Origin: Candidatus Altimarinota bacterium
GTDB lineage: Bacteria > Patescibacteriota > Gracilibacteria > UBA1369
Assembly (NCBI GenBank): GCA_041659405.1
Contig: JBAZYK010000004.1
Span: 30,001 to 62,000 of the forward strand
Reading direction: 5' to 3'
Length of the DNA: 32,000 bases
Positions 1-8,413 of this stretch are shown one piece after another. The position numbers were made by a program, and so were the translations under genes. A model generated the notes under the pieces. The model ran no database searches. It had not been told where the DNA came from and worked only from the letters and a program-made list of their open reading frames with translations. Position 1 is the first letter of the stretch. Each line of letters starts with the position of its first letter.

Positions 1-31
1 GCAGCCAAATAATGGCTACCGCGAGCCGTTT
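1..31. repeat. partial copy of the double-palindrome element truncated by the window edge
   Basis: gCAGCCAAATAATGGCTaccgcgAGCCGTTT matches the right half of the other two copies. Confidence 0.6.
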
Positions 32-102
32 GATCGTAAAAAATAGGCGGGCGTACAAAAAGACTTGCGCAACATTTTTTACTTTCCCCACGCACGAAGT
101 GC

Positions 103-294
103 TTATTTTTTCTGCGAGCTGACCGAGCTCCCCAGCCTGGTTTTTAGCAAAAAAATCGTATCACTGCGTAGTTTGGCTTTCACCCAGTCTTTCTGCTTTT
201 CATCAAGTATCTCCCCCATTCCGGCCAGAATGCCCCGATCGCCAAGTTTTTCAAGTGACTTTATGCATTTTTTAAGAAAACTTTCGGTCATCAT
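103..294 (-). CDS. small hypothetical protein (MMTESFLKKCIKSLEKLGDRGILAGMGEIL...), start placed at the internal Met pair
   Basis: Open frame in the track (103..411) with a helical, charged composition from the internal MM onward. No recognised family. Confidence 0.3.
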   Translation of the reverse strand: MMTESFLKKCIKSLEKLGDRGILAGMGEILDEKQKDWVKAKLRSDTIFLLKTRLGSSVSSQKK

Positions 295-599
295 CCCAGT
301 CCTGTCTAAAATGATTTTCTGATTGATTGGCCTTAAAATTTTTGAACGAATATGTTTGACCATCACAGACAATATTTTTAGTCTGATAAGAAGCGACAAA
401 AATATTACCATAATATTGAAAAATTATGCCTTGGCGTATCATAATAAAAGCCAAATATAAGAAAAAACCTAACCTTTGACTCAAATTATAACAATAAATT
501 GCCAGACCATTGCCCCGATCAGCCATTCGGCGGAGGAATCAGCGGACACAAGAATTTGCACAATATTATTTACACACAAGCAAAGTTATTGCATTCACT

Positions 600-649
600 T
601 GTGCACGTGCACAGATTTACAGCCAAATAACGGCTTGCGCAAGCCAATT
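600..649. repeat. intergenic copy of the double-palindrome element
   Basis: TGTGCACGTGCACAGATTTacagcCAAATAACGGCTTGCGCAAGCC with two perfect 14-bp palindromes. Confidence 0.75.
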
Positions 650-865
650 CCATTTTTAAAATCGTCATTGGAAGAGCGGTGACTTTACACTGCAATTCCC
701 TAAATTACGCCAAGTGCTTTTCTCGCATATACAAAAAATCATTCTAAAAATTGTCATGAGCAAAATGAGGAAATCTAAATTTTGGGTCTTGTGGGTCCCA
801 AAAATTGGATTTCCGATTAACGCGAATGATAATTTTTAGAATTCACTATAGGGAAAAAGTTCCCC

Positions 866-895
866 AAAAGAAAAAACCGACAGGTTTTGTCTTTT
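866..895 (-). terminator. candidate terminator of tRNA-Cys (AAAAGA-AAAACC/GGTTTT-TCTTTT hairpin)
   Basis: Inverted repeat aaaagaaaaaaccgacaggttttgtctttt just 3' of the tRNA. The same stem with a different loop is found 3' of tRNA-Ser(UGA). Confidence 0.6.
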
Positions 896-904
896 GATTT
901 GCTT

Positions 905-980
905 TGGAGGCGGCGATCGGATTCGAACCGATGCATAACGGTTTTGCAAACCGCTGTCTTAACCACTTGACTACGCCGCC
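905..980 (-). tRNA. tRNA-Cys (anticodon GCA)
   Basis: The reverse complement GGCGGCGUAGUCAAGUGGUUAAGACAGCGGUUUGCAAAACCG...GGUUCGAAUCC...CGCCGCCUCCA has a 7-bp acceptor stem, a GCA anticodon in TTGCAAA, a T-loop TTCGAAT and an encoded CCA. Confidence 0.96.
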
Positions 981-1214
981 CCGCCTTTTACACCGTTGAA
1001 TGATAGTGGGATAATTCGGAAAAAGCAATCCTGGAGGAGACCGCAAATGACCAAGCCATTCTTGGATCGGATCATCGGATTTTTTCTCTGCTCTCCAGCC
1101 AGACCCAGAGTGGGGATTCCAAATCTGTCAAAGCCATATCGCGATCCTTTATTGCGGCTAAACTTTATTGTAGTAGAATAAGCCTCGGTTTAAATTATTT
1201 AATCTCCCCAAAAT

Positions 1215-4200
1215 ATGGCACAAAAAATAAAACGACATTTTCTCAAACGGTTCATTACATCGATAACCCTGCTTTGTCTGGGGCTTCCATCGATATTACT
1301 TCTCACGAGTCAATTGGCCGTTGCGGGTGTGCCAACGGGAACCATGACCGGTTCAGCCCAAATATTGACTGTCGGCGTATCACCTGTCGCAATGAACGCA
1401 ATAACCGTTACCGATGATGCTCTTAGTGCACAAATTACTTCGGGGAATGATATTAGAATCAGGATCCCTGCGGCCGTAAATGCCACTTGGGACCCAGCAG
1501 ATGCCACAGCTACACTTACGCAACCAGCGGTAACAGGGGTAGTCAGCCCCGCTGTAAGCTTCGCTGACTCCAATAAAACTTTAATATTAGACGTAACAAC
1601 TGGCTTTGCAACTGGTGAATCTGTCGTAATTTCAGGTTTATATTACATCCCTACGGCAGCTTCAACTGCAACAGTATTGGATTGGGCGGTTGACGGTGCG
1701 GTGCCAACCTATCTGGCTGGTGATACCACTACCGGCATCACTGTCACCGCAGCGGACGCAGCAGCAACACTTACAAAAGCGAGTGCAATATCGGGTAGCA
1801 CAGGCGATTTGACATTGGTCATCAATACGGGCCGTATATTAGCAGTTGGAGAAAAAATCAATATAGATTTCCCTGCGTCTTATGCAGTAGCCGCCACGAC
1901 AGGAATCGTAGCCGGTTCAATAACACTCAATGGTACTAACGCGACGATGAGCGCATCAGTTGCCTTGCAGACATTAACATTGACTGTGGCAGACTTCGCT
2001 ACCGCGCAACCGGCACTAACAATAACAATCCCCGGATTAGACGCGATACCTCAATATGTGGATGCAACAGATGCCACAATCACAGTCACAACAGCGTTAG
2101 GCGCCACTATTGCAACAGACACAACGGTGGCATTAGATGATACAGTCGCAGCAGTTTCTGTTGCGACCGTTGATTTTGGCACTAACATTACTGTTGGAAC
2201 AGCAGGAGACACTACAATTAACCTCACAGTTCCATTTGCACTCGATGCAGACGACACAATTGATATTACCTTCCCACTAAGTGTCGATATTAGTGGTATT
2301 ACGTTGGACCAGGGTGCAACAGGAACCTTTGAGAGTGCAGCAAATATTACCTGTAACGCCTCTGGTCAGACGCTTACATGTGTCACAAATGGTGCAACAG
2401 TCACATCTGGAACGATTATCCTAGCAAACATTCTTACAAAATACGTAGATGCAACAAACATCACGGTCTTCGAAGTAGAGAATGAAGGAAGTGCGACACA
2501 AGATATTGCAATAGATACCGATGTTGCAATGGAAGATCCAACCCCGGCGACAGACTTGGCATCATCAATCGCATTAGGATTAAACTCAGAAGTAGGAACA
2601 GACGGAAATACGACATTAACCCTAACCCCACCAAGAGCATTGGCAGCAGCGGATACGATTGTATTCACAATGCCGACGAATTTCACAGCGGGAAGTGCGG
2701 CATTCGGATCAACAACATTTTTGCAGACTGGTGGCATAGCTGCAACCTTTACGTCATGTGGCGGAGTAGGGCGAATTGTTACCTGTACAGCATCATCTTC
2801 AATACAAGTAGGTGTAGCCGGAAACATTGTGATAACAGGAATTCAATCATTATGGGATTCAGCGGCAGCAACGACCGTGACAGACTTAACTATAAATGAC
2901 GTAGCAGCCGGCGGAGCAGATATAGCTTTGGATACCACCACAACAGTGCCTGACACTACTCCGGAGACAGAGTTAAACTCATCAATCACACTTGGAACGA
3001 ATTCCGTAGTAGGAACAGCGGGAAACACAACCCTAACATTGACCCCACCAAGGGCATTGGCAGCGACAGATACAATGGTCTGGACGATGCCAACAAACTT
3101 CAGCGTTCCAGAGGGAGCAATCACAATAGCATCCCAGACATTATCATCAGGAACATTTCCATGTACCGGAGTAGCAGCGACAAGAGTAATCACCTGTACA
3201 GTTACAGGTGGAACCGTAACAGCAGATGTAGAAAGAAATATCGTAATGAGTGGGATACTATCATTATGGGTATCCGGAGCAACAAACGTAGCTAACTTAA
3301 CGATCAATGATATAGCAGGTGGAAGCGGCGGATTGGATATCGCCTTGGACACAATAACAGTTGTAGATGCGACAACAGTCGGCGTGTTAAGTTCCACAAA
3401 CGTAGAACCTGATTCCTTGGCTGTAGGTTCCTCATCAATCAACACAATCACATTCACGACAGTCACTTCATTCCCAAATCTTGGAAAAATCGTAGTAACA
3501 TACCCATCGGGATTTGGTGTATCGGGAGCAAATGGTGTGGTGGCAACAAACTTATCCGGCTTGGATGGAGTATGGACGGCAACTGTATCCGGACAAGTGG
3601 TAACCCTCACTCAAGTAGGAGGCACCCTATCCGCTGCAGGTGTTAAAAGTTTAAGAATTGCAAATATCGTAACTCCCGGAGTCGCCGGCTCAACTGGGAC
3701 ATATACAATCACAACAACAACATCAGCTGATGTAAATATTGAAACTAATGCAGCAGTAACAGCGGACACAGTCGTTGTTAATCAAAGCAATAATAATGGC
3801 GGCGGCGGTGGTGGTGGCGGTGGCGGTTCAGTAGACACAACACCTCCAACAAATACTTCAGTGGCAATAGTCGGTGCTCCAAAAGTTCCTACAGCTACTG
3901 TACAACTTACTTTAGCAGCAACAGGGGCGACCCAAATGATGATTTCCAATGTCGCTGATTTTACCGGCGCAACCTGGGAAACATACAACACTGTAAAAGA
4001 TTGGACTCTTACATCTGGTCTTGGAGCAAAAATCGTTTATGTCAAATTCCGTGACGCGGCAAGCAATGTTTCAACCGCTGTTCAGTCAAATGTAACAGTT
4101 GATGTTACGGCACCTACCCCTGTTCCGGTTGTTGAGCCGCCAATTGTGGGCGTTCCATTCCTTGATATTGCCACTCACTGGGCAAAAGACTACATTGTTA

Positions 4201-4679
4201 AATTATTTATAAAGGGTGTAGTTCAAGGTCGCACTGCGACATCTTATGTACCGGATGGACTTTTGACACGCGCAGAAATGGTTAAAATCGCGCTTTTGAC
4301 TTTTGGATTCAAGATTGACGATACAAAAAAGCAATCATTCATTGATGTTTCCGCTACTCACTGGGCCGCTTCATATCTTGCACTCGCAAAAACTGAAGGC
4401 ATCGTTGGTGGATATACCGATGGCACATTCCATCCGGATACTTCAATCACACGTGTAGAAGCTTTAAAAATTTTATTGGCGGCTGCTAAAAAGAACATAG
4501 TGGGCGCGGCAGCGGCTTCATTTGTTGATGTTGATCAGGAGGCTTGGTACGCAAATTACGTTAATTACGCTTTTGCCAACAAAGTGGTTAGCGGCAAAGA
4601 CGCGACTCATTTTGATCCAAGCGCCAACATTACCCGTGCAGAAATGGCGAAAATTGCGATCCTGACTTCCGAACTTTAA
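1215..4679 (+). CDS. SLH-domain surface/S-layer protein, 1154 aa, with internal beta-type repeats, a poly-Gly linker and a C-terminal triple SLH
   Basis: N-terminal signal sequence, then Ala/Thr/Val-rich repeats, then GGGGGGGGGG, then DTTPPTNTSVAIVG, then three SLH motifs (FLDIATHWAKDYI...LLTRAEMVKIA; DVSATHWAASYLALAK...ITRVEALKIL; FVDVDQEAWYANYVNYAF...ITRAEMAKIA). Confidence 0.93.
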   Translation: MAQKIKRHFLKRFITSITLLCLGLPSILLLTSQLAVAGVPTGTMTGSAQILTVGVSPVAMNAITVTDDALSAQITSGNDIRIRIPAAVNATWDPADATATLTQPAVTGVVSPAVSFADSNKTLILDVTTGFATGESVVISGLYYIPTAASTATVLDWAVDGAVPTYLAGDTTTGITVTAADAAATLTKASAISGSTGDLTLVINTGRILAVGEKINIDFPASYAVAATTGIVAGSITLNGTNATMSASVALQTLTLTVADFATAQPALTITIPGLDAIPQYVDATDATITVTTALGATIATDTTVALDDTVAAVSVATVDFGTNITVGTAGDTTINLTVPFALDADDTIDITFPLSVDISGITLDQGATGTFESAANITCNASGQTLTCVTNGATVTSGTIILANILTKYVDATNITVFEVENEGSATQDIAIDTDVAMEDPTPATDLASSIALGLNSEVGTDGNTTLTLTPPRALAAADTIVFTMPTNFTAGSAAFGSTTFLQTGGIAATFTSCGGVGRIVTCTASSSIQVGVAGNIVITGIQSLWDSAAATTVTDLTINDVAAGGADIALDTTTTVPDTTPETELNSSITLGTNSVVGTAGNTTLTLTPPRALAATDTMVWTMPTNFSVPEGAITIASQTLSSGTFPCTGVAATRVITCTVTGGTVTADVERNIVMSGILSLWVSGATNVANLTINDIAGGSGGLDIALDTITVVDATTVGVLSSTNVEPDSLAVGSSSINTITFTTVTSFPNLGKIVVTYPSGFGVSGANGVVATNLSGLDGVWTATVSGQVVTLTQVGGTLSAAGVKSLRIANIVTPGVAGSTGTYTITTTTSADVNIETNAAVTADTVVVNQSNNNGGGGGGGGGGSVDTTPPTNTSVAIVGAPKVPTATVQLTLAATGATQMMISNVADFTGATWETYNTVKDWTLTSGLGAKIVYVKFRDAASNVSTAVQSNVTVDVTAPTPVPVVEPPIVGVPFLDIATHWAKDYIVKLFIKGVVQGRTATSYVPDGLLTRAEMVKIALLTFGFKIDDTKKQSFIDVSATHWAASYLALAKTEGIVGGYTDGTFHPDTSITRVEALKILLAAAKKNIVGAAAASFVDVDQEAWYANYVNYAFANKVVSGKDATHFDPSANITRAEMAKIAILTSEL
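3798..3827 (+). repeat. in-frame GGC/GGT (Gly)10 codon run
   Basis: ggcggcggcggtggtggtggcggtggcggt follows AATAATAAT. The paralog has only a short Gly run at the same position. Confidence 0.85.
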
Positions 4680-4710
4680 TAAGCAAATAAAATCAGGAAA
4701 TAATAAAAAG

Positions 4711-4742
4711 GAAGAGTTCTTAAACGGGACTCTTCTTTTTTA
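4711..4742 (+). terminator. rho-independent terminator of the first SLH gene
   Basis: GAAGAGTTC-ttaaacg-GGACTCTTC followed by a T-run. Confidence 0.85.
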
Positions 4743-4867
4743 TTTATCCAAGAGCCAGCACAGCAAAACAAAATATGTCAAAAAGAAATTATCCTGCGCA
4801 CATTGCTGTTTCTTTGGATTGCCGTAAAATGCCATGTTAGTTATCCATTTATTAACTTTCCCCAAAT

Positions 4868-7645
4868 ATGGCACAAAAGATAAAACGGCATTTTCTGCGG
4901 ACCTTCGGCTTTGCAGCGATACTATTAATGGTTTTTTCATCGGTAGTCCCAGGCATGATTTCCAAGATTCAAGTCGCACATGCGGCTGCAGGTGCAGGCA
5001 CAGCCACTATTAATATTGGAACAGGTGGTACCAGCGCAAGCGATGCAGCATATGGCGGCGCCGCAGCGACAGGTAGCGTAACCGTTGGGACAAAGAGCTA
5101 TGTGTTAATTGACTTAACAGTAGGTGCCGGCAACATCACTGCAGATCAAAACAATGTAACAGTTCAAATCAATACTAATCTTTTCCCGGCAACCACCTGG
5201 GATGTGAACGAGGAAGCCGCACTTACAGATTTAACCACAGTGGGAACATGGTTTGTAGGCTATACGGACACGGATTCTGCCACAACAAATAACGGCGCTA
5301 TTAGTTTCTCAGCAAGTGCAGCCGTCAATACCGGCTTGATCACGATCCAAGCAAATCAAAAAATGGATGCAACAGACATTATCCATATTTATGGAGTGGT
5401 TCAGGATAACAACTATACTCGTGCAATGGCAGACGTAGTAGTTAAAACTGATGATACTGGAGCAAATGACCTTACACAGATTGGTACTGGTGTTTCACCA
5501 AGAATAGCAACTTCCGCAGCGGACGCGGCAGCAACAGTTGCAAAAGCAACTCCAACATCAGGAAGCACGGGTGCTTTAACGCTGACCCTCAATACGGCTC
5601 GTTCATTAATAGTTGGAGATAAAATCAATATAACTTTCCCCGCAGCATTTTATACAGTAGCCGCTACAACAGCGACAATCGCAGCTAGTGCCATAACAAA
5701 TAATGGAAGTAGCGCGACATTGAACGTAACAGCGCCTGGATCAAATGTATTAACATTAACAGTAGCAACAGAGACATTGGTGGGAGGAACAAACACGGGA
5801 ATAACAATCCCGGGAGTAGACGCAATACCTCAATATGTGGCTTCAACAGACATAACAACATTTACAGTTCAAACGTCATCAGGTGTAAATATCGCAACAG
5901 ATAGTGACGTGACATTAACGGATACAATAACCGAAGGCGCGTTGAGTTCAGCAAGTGTAACACCTGGCTCATTAGTGGCAGGCGCAACACCGGCAAATGT
6001 AATCGCATTCACAACAACAACTCCAATCCCAAATCTTGGGAAAATCGTAGTAACCTATCCATTAGGGTTTGACGTGTCTGGAGCGGATGGTCGTGCAGCA
6101 ACAAGCTTATCCGGCCTGGATGGAACATGGACGGCAACCTATAGCGGACGAGTGGTAACATTCACTCAAACAGCAGGAGGGGCATCCGCTGCAGGTGCAA
6201 AGAGCTTAACAGTAGCGGGAATTAAGAATCCGCCAGTTACAGGAGAGACAGGCACTTATACAATCACAACAAAAATAGCTGCCGGATCAAATATCGATAC
6301 GAACGCAGCGGTAGGAGCAAGCACAATTACAGCAGGCGCGTTAAGTTCAACCAACGTAGAACCTGATTCCTTGGTAGTTGGTTCCTCAGCAGTGAACACA
6401 ATCACATTCACGACAGCAAATCCAATCCCAAATGCCGGTACAATCATAGTAACCTATCCATCAGGATTTGGTGTATCGGGCGCAAATGGTGTGGTGGCAA
6501 CAAACTTATCCGGCTTGGATGGAGTATGGACGGCAACTACATCCGGACAAGTGGTAACCCTCACTCAGGTAGGTGGCGGCATATCCGCTGCGGGTGCTAA
6601 AAGTTTAAGAATTGCAAATATCGTAACTCCCGGAACCCCGGGGACAACGGGAACTTATACAATCACGACAAAATCACCTTCTGTAAATATTGATACCGAC
6701 GCAGCTGTAACAGCGGACACAGTCGTATCCGGTAGCAGCAGCGACAGTGGTGGTGGCGGCGGTGTAGTTGGGGACACAACACCTCCAACAAATGTTTCAG
6801 TGGCAATAGTCGGTGCTCCAAAGGTTCCTACATCTAACGTACAACTTACTTTAGCTGCAACAGGGGCGACTGAAATGTTGATTTCCAATGTTTCTGACTT
6901 TGGTAGTGCAAGCTGGGAAACTTACAACACAGTAAAAAATTGGACTCTTCTAAGTGGTACCGGCGCGAAAAGTGTTTATGTTAAATTCCGCGACGCGGCA
7001 CACAATACTTCCTCTGTTGTTCAGGCAAATGTAACAGTTGATGTTGCCGCGCCTGCACCTGTAGTGGTTCAGGTACCCGTAGTTCCGGTTGTTCAACAGC
7101 CAACTCCGGGTGTTTCATTCCTTGATATTGCTACTCACTGGGCTAAAGACTACATCGTTCAATTGTCCCAAATGGGCGTTATACAAGGACGCACTCCTGG
7201 ATCTTATGAACCGGATGGACTTTTGACACGCGCAGAAATGGTTAAAATCGCGCTTTTGACTTTTGGTTACAAGATTGACAACGCAAATACAAAATCATTT
7301 AGTGATGTTGATGCTGCTATATGGTTCGCTCCATATATTGCGCTCGCAAAAGCTCAAGGCATCGTTGGTGGATATGAAGATGGCACATTCAAACCAAACG
7401 CTTCAATTACACGTGCAGAAGCTTTGAAAATTTTATTGGTAGCTGCTAAAAAGAACTTAGCAGGCGCAGCGGCAGCGGTTTCATTTGTTGATGTTGATCA
7501 GGCGGCTTGGTACGCAAATTACGTTAATTACGCTTTTGCTAAAGCCGTAGTTAATGGCAAAGACGCAACTCATTTTGCCCCAGCTGACTTTATTACACGA
7601 GCAGAAATGGCAAAAATTGCCATCCTGACTTTCCAGATAAAATAA
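4868..7645 (+). CDS. SLH-domain surface/S-layer protein, 925 aa, tandem paralog of the preceding gene
   Basis: Same N-terminus (MAQKIKRHFLRTF) and the same C-terminal DTTPPTNVSVAIVGAPKVPTSNVQLTLAATGA region plus three SLH motifs. Confidence 0.93.
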   Translation: MAQKIKRHFLRTFGFAAILLMVFSSVVPGMISKIQVAHAAAGAGTATINIGTGGTSASDAAYGGAAATGSVTVGTKSYVLIDLTVGAGNITADQNNVTVQINTNLFPATTWDVNEEAALTDLTTVGTWFVGYTDTDSATTNNGAISFSASAAVNTGLITIQANQKMDATDIIHIYGVVQDNNYTRAMADVVVKTDDTGANDLTQIGTGVSPRIATSAADAAATVAKATPTSGSTGALTLTLNTARSLIVGDKINITFPAAFYTVAATTATIAASAITNNGSSATLNVTAPGSNVLTLTVATETLVGGTNTGITIPGVDAIPQYVASTDITTFTVQTSSGVNIATDSDVTLTDTITEGALSSASVTPGSLVAGATPANVIAFTTTTPIPNLGKIVVTYPLGFDVSGADGRAATSLSGLDGTWTATYSGRVVTFTQTAGGASAAGAKSLTVAGIKNPPVTGETGTYTITTKIAAGSNIDTNAAVGASTITAGALSSTNVEPDSLVVGSSAVNTITFTTANPIPNAGTIIVTYPSGFGVSGANGVVATNLSGLDGVWTATTSGQVVTLTQVGGGISAAGAKSLRIANIVTPGTPGTTGTYTITTKSPSVNIDTDAAVTADTVVSGSSSDSGGGGGVVGDTTPPTNVSVAIVGAPKVPTSNVQLTLAATGATEMLISNVSDFGSASWETYNTVKNWTLLSGTGAKSVYVKFRDAAHNTSSVVQANVTVDVAAPAPVVVQVPVVPVVQQPTPGVSFLDIATHWAKDYIVQLSQMGVIQGRTPGSYEPDGLLTRAEMVKIALLTFGYKIDNANTKSFSDVDAAIWFAPYIALAKAQGIVGGYEDGTFKPNASITRAEALKILLVAAKKNLAGAAAAVSFVDVDQAAWYANYVNYAFAKAVVNGKDATHFAPADFITRAEMAKIAILTFQIK

Positions 7646-7668
7646 GCAAAAAGATTTTCTGAAAAAAT

Positions 7669-7687
7669 CCTGCGCCAAGAACGCAGG
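7669..7687. repeat. hairpin CCTGCG-ccaagaa-CGCAGG between the SLH stop codon and the terminator
   Basis: Perfect 6-bp inverted repeat, present only in the second SLH locus. Confidence 0.6.
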
Positions 7688-7713
7688 GGGGCAATCAGGA
7701 AAATAAATAAAAG

Positions 7714-7746
7714 GAAGAGTTCTGAAAAAGGACTCTTCTTTTTTTT
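7714..7746 (+). terminator. rho-independent terminator of the second SLH gene, near-identical to the first
   Basis: GAAGAGTTC-tgaaaaa-GGACTCTTC followed by a T-run. Confidence 0.85.
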
Positions 7747-8095
7747 GATCTTTATAAAAAGCATGATCCGGAAAACTGTGAGCAAAATGAGGATTTTTGC
7801 AATAAGCATGAGCGGAGGAAGGTTTGAGCAAATGCTGGAAATTTTCTTTTTTTGGGTCTCGTGGGCCCCAACAAAAGAAAATTGACGCAAGCGAAAACCT
7901 TTCGGAGCGAATACATTGCCCTTTTTGAAAGTACTGAAAACCTTTTAGGGAAAAAGTTTTCAGATTTCTTGCAATAGGGAAAACCTCGCCACGATTGAAA
8001 ATAAGTTCCTTATTTTCATCTTGGCGTCCTGCGCTTCACTCGTTTTCGCGAAGCTCAAACTCGCTCCGTTCCGGACCGGTTTTCTCGCAATTTTC

Positions 8096-8188
8096 TGGCG
8101 GAGAGGGAGAGATTCGAACTCTCGCTAGGGGTTTCCCCCTACTACAGGATTAGCAATCCCGCCCCTTCAGCCACTTGGGTACCTCTCC
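8096..8188 (-). tRNA. tRNA-Ser (anticodon GCU), class II with variable arm
   Basis: Reverse complement GGAGAGGUACCCAAGUGGCUGAAG...GAUUGCUAAUC...long variable arm...GAGUUCGAAUCUC CCUCUCCG CCA. Confidence 0.95.
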
Positions 8189-8413
8189 TTATTGTAACGC
8201 TCACTGCGCTCCGAACCCCGCTTAGCGGGGATCCTCATTTCGCCTGCGCCCTCGCGCCGTGCGCTCGGTTAGCTGACATGCGCTTAAGTACCTGATAACC
8301 TCAAACGCCTAAAGATCATAGTGGGTCTTCGGCAAAAAATCAATTCTTTACAATTGAAACCGGCAATTATCTTGCACTCAGAGCTTATGTCCGCCCACGC
8401 CTCGCCGCCCGCC

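Noticed and set aside
2843-3610. Long minus-strand ORFs opposite the S-layer genes (also 2366-2827, 2051-2257, 5413-5628)
   Set aside because: They lie antisense to strongly supported repetitive coding DNA. Their Thr/Val/Pro-rich low-complexity translations reflect codon composition and no family was recognised.
7481-7890. Minus-strand ORFs of 116 and 107 aa over the SLH gene end and intergenic element
   Set aside because: They cross a terminator and the tRNA-linked repeat. Similarity to the 15523-15808 translations comes from the DNA repeat, not from a protein family.
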